Of a stretch of DNA of 64,000 bases, positions 60,809 to 64,000 are shown in pieces; positions within the stretch are counted from its first letter, which is position 1, and each line of letters begins with the position of its first letter. This DNA comes from Azolla caroliniana (taxonomy: Eukaryota; Plantae; Polypodiophyta), in assembly GCA_043228905.1 (NCBI GenBank), contig JBHGNT010000013.1:4092001-4156000 (forward strand), given 5' to 3'. The notes under the pieces are model-generated. The model saw only the letters and a program-made list of their open reading frames with translations, was not told the origin of the DNA and made no database searches. A program made the translations under genes and the position numbers.

Positions 60809-63800
60809 TCCAACCCCATCAAACCGCACATCCTCCGGAACGTGTCAAGAAGAGAGAGTGTGAGATTTCAGCTACGGTGATTAATCCAATTCCTCCATTT
60901 CCTCGTTCACATAACTCAAGTCTGTATGTTCAATCCTACTATCTTCATCGTCGAGGTGATCGAGGTCAAGATCCTCGTCTTGTCTTTTCTTGAAAATGTT
61001 TACTCTTTTTCCCACAATGGGTATGGCCAACCTTTATCCATCTAGCTCTGCAAGGTGGTATGTGGCATTGTCGTTGGCACTTGTCACCACATATGGTCCG
61101 AACCATCCTCTTGCGAACTTTCTTGTTGTCTTGTGTTGATTGTCAAGGTTGTTGTCGTAGACCAATACCCAATCTCCTTCTTCGATCTTCTTGGGACGCA
61201 GTCGATGTGTCTTATCGAACTAAATCTTGTTCTTCACTCGGGTTGCATCCATCGTCTTTCGTGCTTTGTCTAGATGTTCAGGCCTTCTTTCAAGCTTCCT
61301 TATCCGTGCCGCTAATTATTCCCTCTCGGCTCATCTTAGTCTCCCATGGTATCGCTACCCATGAGGCAATCGTCCTTTCGATGGGCATTACCAACTTCTG
61401 TCCATACATAAGCTTTGTTGGCATATACCTTATCACTGAACTGTGTGTAGTTCTATCGGCCCACAAGGCATAGGGCAATAGTCGTGGCCAGTTCTCGACT
61501 CAACCGTTGCATGCTCTTACTCGATCTTCCTCGATTGGTCCATGCCCTCACTCGATCTTCCCATTCGCTTCTGGATTATAGGTAGTCATGAGGGAGAGCT
61601 TCACGCCTAGTCATTTGAAAAGCTTCGTTGCTTCATGTGCATCCAAATCCCCTCGGTCGGCCACTATCTTTCCCACACATCCGTATCGACAAACAACCTC
61701 TTCGAGTAGAAATTTGCAAATATCTGACATCGTCTTATTTGTCAAGGCCCATCCTTCCACTTGATTTGTCAAGTTTTCTCTTGTCAGAACTAAGTACTTC
61801 ATTTGTCCCACTTCCATTGGCATGGAGCCCAGATCCAACATCCATTTGAAGTGTATGGTGAGCGGGTATGTCGGCCATAACTCATTACGATGACATATGT
61901 TCAAATGTACTTCACAAGTTTCGCATGTGGACATGAAATGGAGTACATCTTTGTACATGCTTGGCCACCAATACTTTTCCTTCAACTTTTCGAATGTGAC
62001 CCATGTTCCTCTATGCCCCACCCAAGGACTCTTGTGGAATTCGGTCATCCGCATCACTTGCTCTTCTTTCATCACCACCACTCGATGTGGCATTCCTGTC
62101 CTTCTTTTTGGGTGTCGCCAAAGGAATCCTCCCTTCAAGAAGTATTGGTAAGCTTTCTTCCGGATTCATAGATCCTCCTCTTTCATCAACGAAGCATCCG
62201 CCGTCATTGTTCTTTAGAATCTACCGATCAGTAACCACTCTCCTTCGTACTCGTCCTTGTTGAAGGCGTGGAGGGTTAGTGTGTCCTTGTCTTTCGCCGA
62301 TAGTCGGGCCATCTTGAAGAAGTCGAGGGTGACGTCTTCATCTTCCGAAACCATGTCACTTTCATTCTCAACTCTTGCCCTCGACAGCATGTCAGCCATG
62401 GCATTCTTCTTCCTTGCAATGTGGCAGATCTCTGGGTTTAAAGACTTGATATAGGCAATCCACCTTAGCATAGCTAGATCTCATGTTGCACATCCTGAGA
62501 TCATCCCGAGGATTGGGAGACAATCTGTCTCAATTATCACTTCTGACCCGATCAGGTAGTCTTTGTCCATCTTCACTGCAGACACAATACCCCAAAGTTC
62601 TCACTTGACTTGGGCGTATCTTTGTTGCCGTTCATTGAGAACCTTTGCTCCAAACCGGATGGCATACCACGCATTATCTTCTCCTTCTTGGTTGATGACC
62701 CACCCTATTCCGGTTGGCCTCGTATCTACACTCACATAAATCAGCTTCCCTTCAGTATAGTCGGCCTTTCTTAGTCCTAGAGGTTCAAGAAGTAGTTTCT
62801 TCAATCTTCGCATCGCGTTTGTATGCTCGTCTCGCCATTCAAACTTCATTCTTTTCTTTAGCAATCCATATAATGAGTCGGCGACATGAGCGTAGTGTGG
62901 AATCCAGATATCATAAAATGTGCATGCTCCAACGAACCTTCGAACGTCCATTTGGGTTACGCATTCTTCTTTCATGTCCTGGATCGGGTTCATCTTGGAT
63001 GGCGAAGGTTTCTGGCCATATGCTCCACACAAGTGACCTACCACCAAGATCTCTGGTTGCCCGAATGTGGATTTTTCTCCCGAAAATGTCAAATTCGCAT
63101 CTTCGAGCCTTTGGAGCAGCTTCTCGCAATCTTTCATATGATCCACAACGAACTTTCTATACCCTTCCTTATCTTTGGATTCATCCTTCTCCTCCTCCGA
63201 ACATCCTTTTATCGGAATATCGTCCAAGAATGGCAACGTGATGCCCGGGATGCAATCCTTGAAGACCTTGTTCATGGCATTCACTATATGAGCCACCGAG
63301 TTCGTTGCACCTTGAGGTAGGGTACACATCTGCACAAGCCTGATCGGAGTCCTCATGGTTGTAATGTCACGACTGTCAATCGCCAACTGGAATTGATCGT
63401 ATCCAAATTAGAGATCGCCAATGGCCCGCAAACGCTTCGGCAAATTCATCCACACTCGGTCCGATTTCGGCATTCCGAATTGTCACCTTGTTGATGGGTT
63501 GAAGATCTTGGATGAATCGCAATGATTCATTCTTCTTCGGCATCATGAACCACCTATTAGAATAAGGAGCATTCAAAGGGTCCAAAATACCCATATTCAC
63601 CTTCTCCTTTAAGAGCTCGATCAGCTTCGATAGGTGTGCTCTTGGAACTGGTATCGGGTTGAGGTTCCAAGGTACATGAGGCTCCGAAAATATCACCATA
63701 GCTCTATAATCTTTGGGTTGGCACATCCAATCTATTGAGGGAAAAATGTGAAAGCCTGCCCATGTTCTTCAGACATTCTGCGGAACATTCGCTCCTCTTC

Positions 63801-64000
63801 AGGGAGGAGGAAATCCTCCCTTGCAACTCGTAGCTTCCTTTTCATCTCTTCGGTGAAGACATGACCTATTGCCTTTGGATCCCTTAAGCTTGGATCATTA
63901 GTGACTTCCGTCATCTTTTGCCAGCTATCTTCCGGTAGCGGAACCACAACTAGCTTGATCTTCCTATCCACCATTTTATATTTTGTGTTTACTCCAGCTT
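59656..64000 (-). mobile_element. Element J: Gypsy of the E family (3' LTR, integrase, RH, RT); continues beyond the window
   Basis: PPT after 60808; LPQGATNS, PFLDD and MPYALWADR fragments. Confidence 0.93.

Overview
This window is a dense cluster of nested plant LTR retrotransposons. No host gene, rRNA or intact tRNA gene is recognisable. The element mix (Tcn1-like chromovirus, fungal-type Gypsy, Sola-like transposase relic) suggests a non-seed land plant, which is an inference. I resolve 13 LTR elements or fragments (labelled A-J, K, L, M), one extra Copia remnant and a degraded Sola-like DNA transposase. Left part: Gypsy A sits in Gypsy B, then a 100-N gap, then Copia C (TSD AGCCA) contains Copia D (TSD TGCAT), which contains Gypsy E. 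Middle: a Sola-like relic and Copia G. Right part: a six-level nest H>F>I>L>K>J, with the young, apparently intact Copia M (1357 aa) inside the LTR of L. The main findings are: (1) a candidate -1 ribosomal frameshift cassette between gag-protease and pol in the tRNA-Trp-primed E/F family; (2) antisense tRNA-like Pol III A/B boxes in the LTRs of two unrelated Gypsy families; (3) a conserved uncharacterised third ORF downstream of pol in Gypsy A and L; (4) Copia M flanked by a 238-bp duplication with one LTR end clipped by 8 nt. All coordinates and comparisons were read by eye, and lineage names come from motif recall, not database searches.
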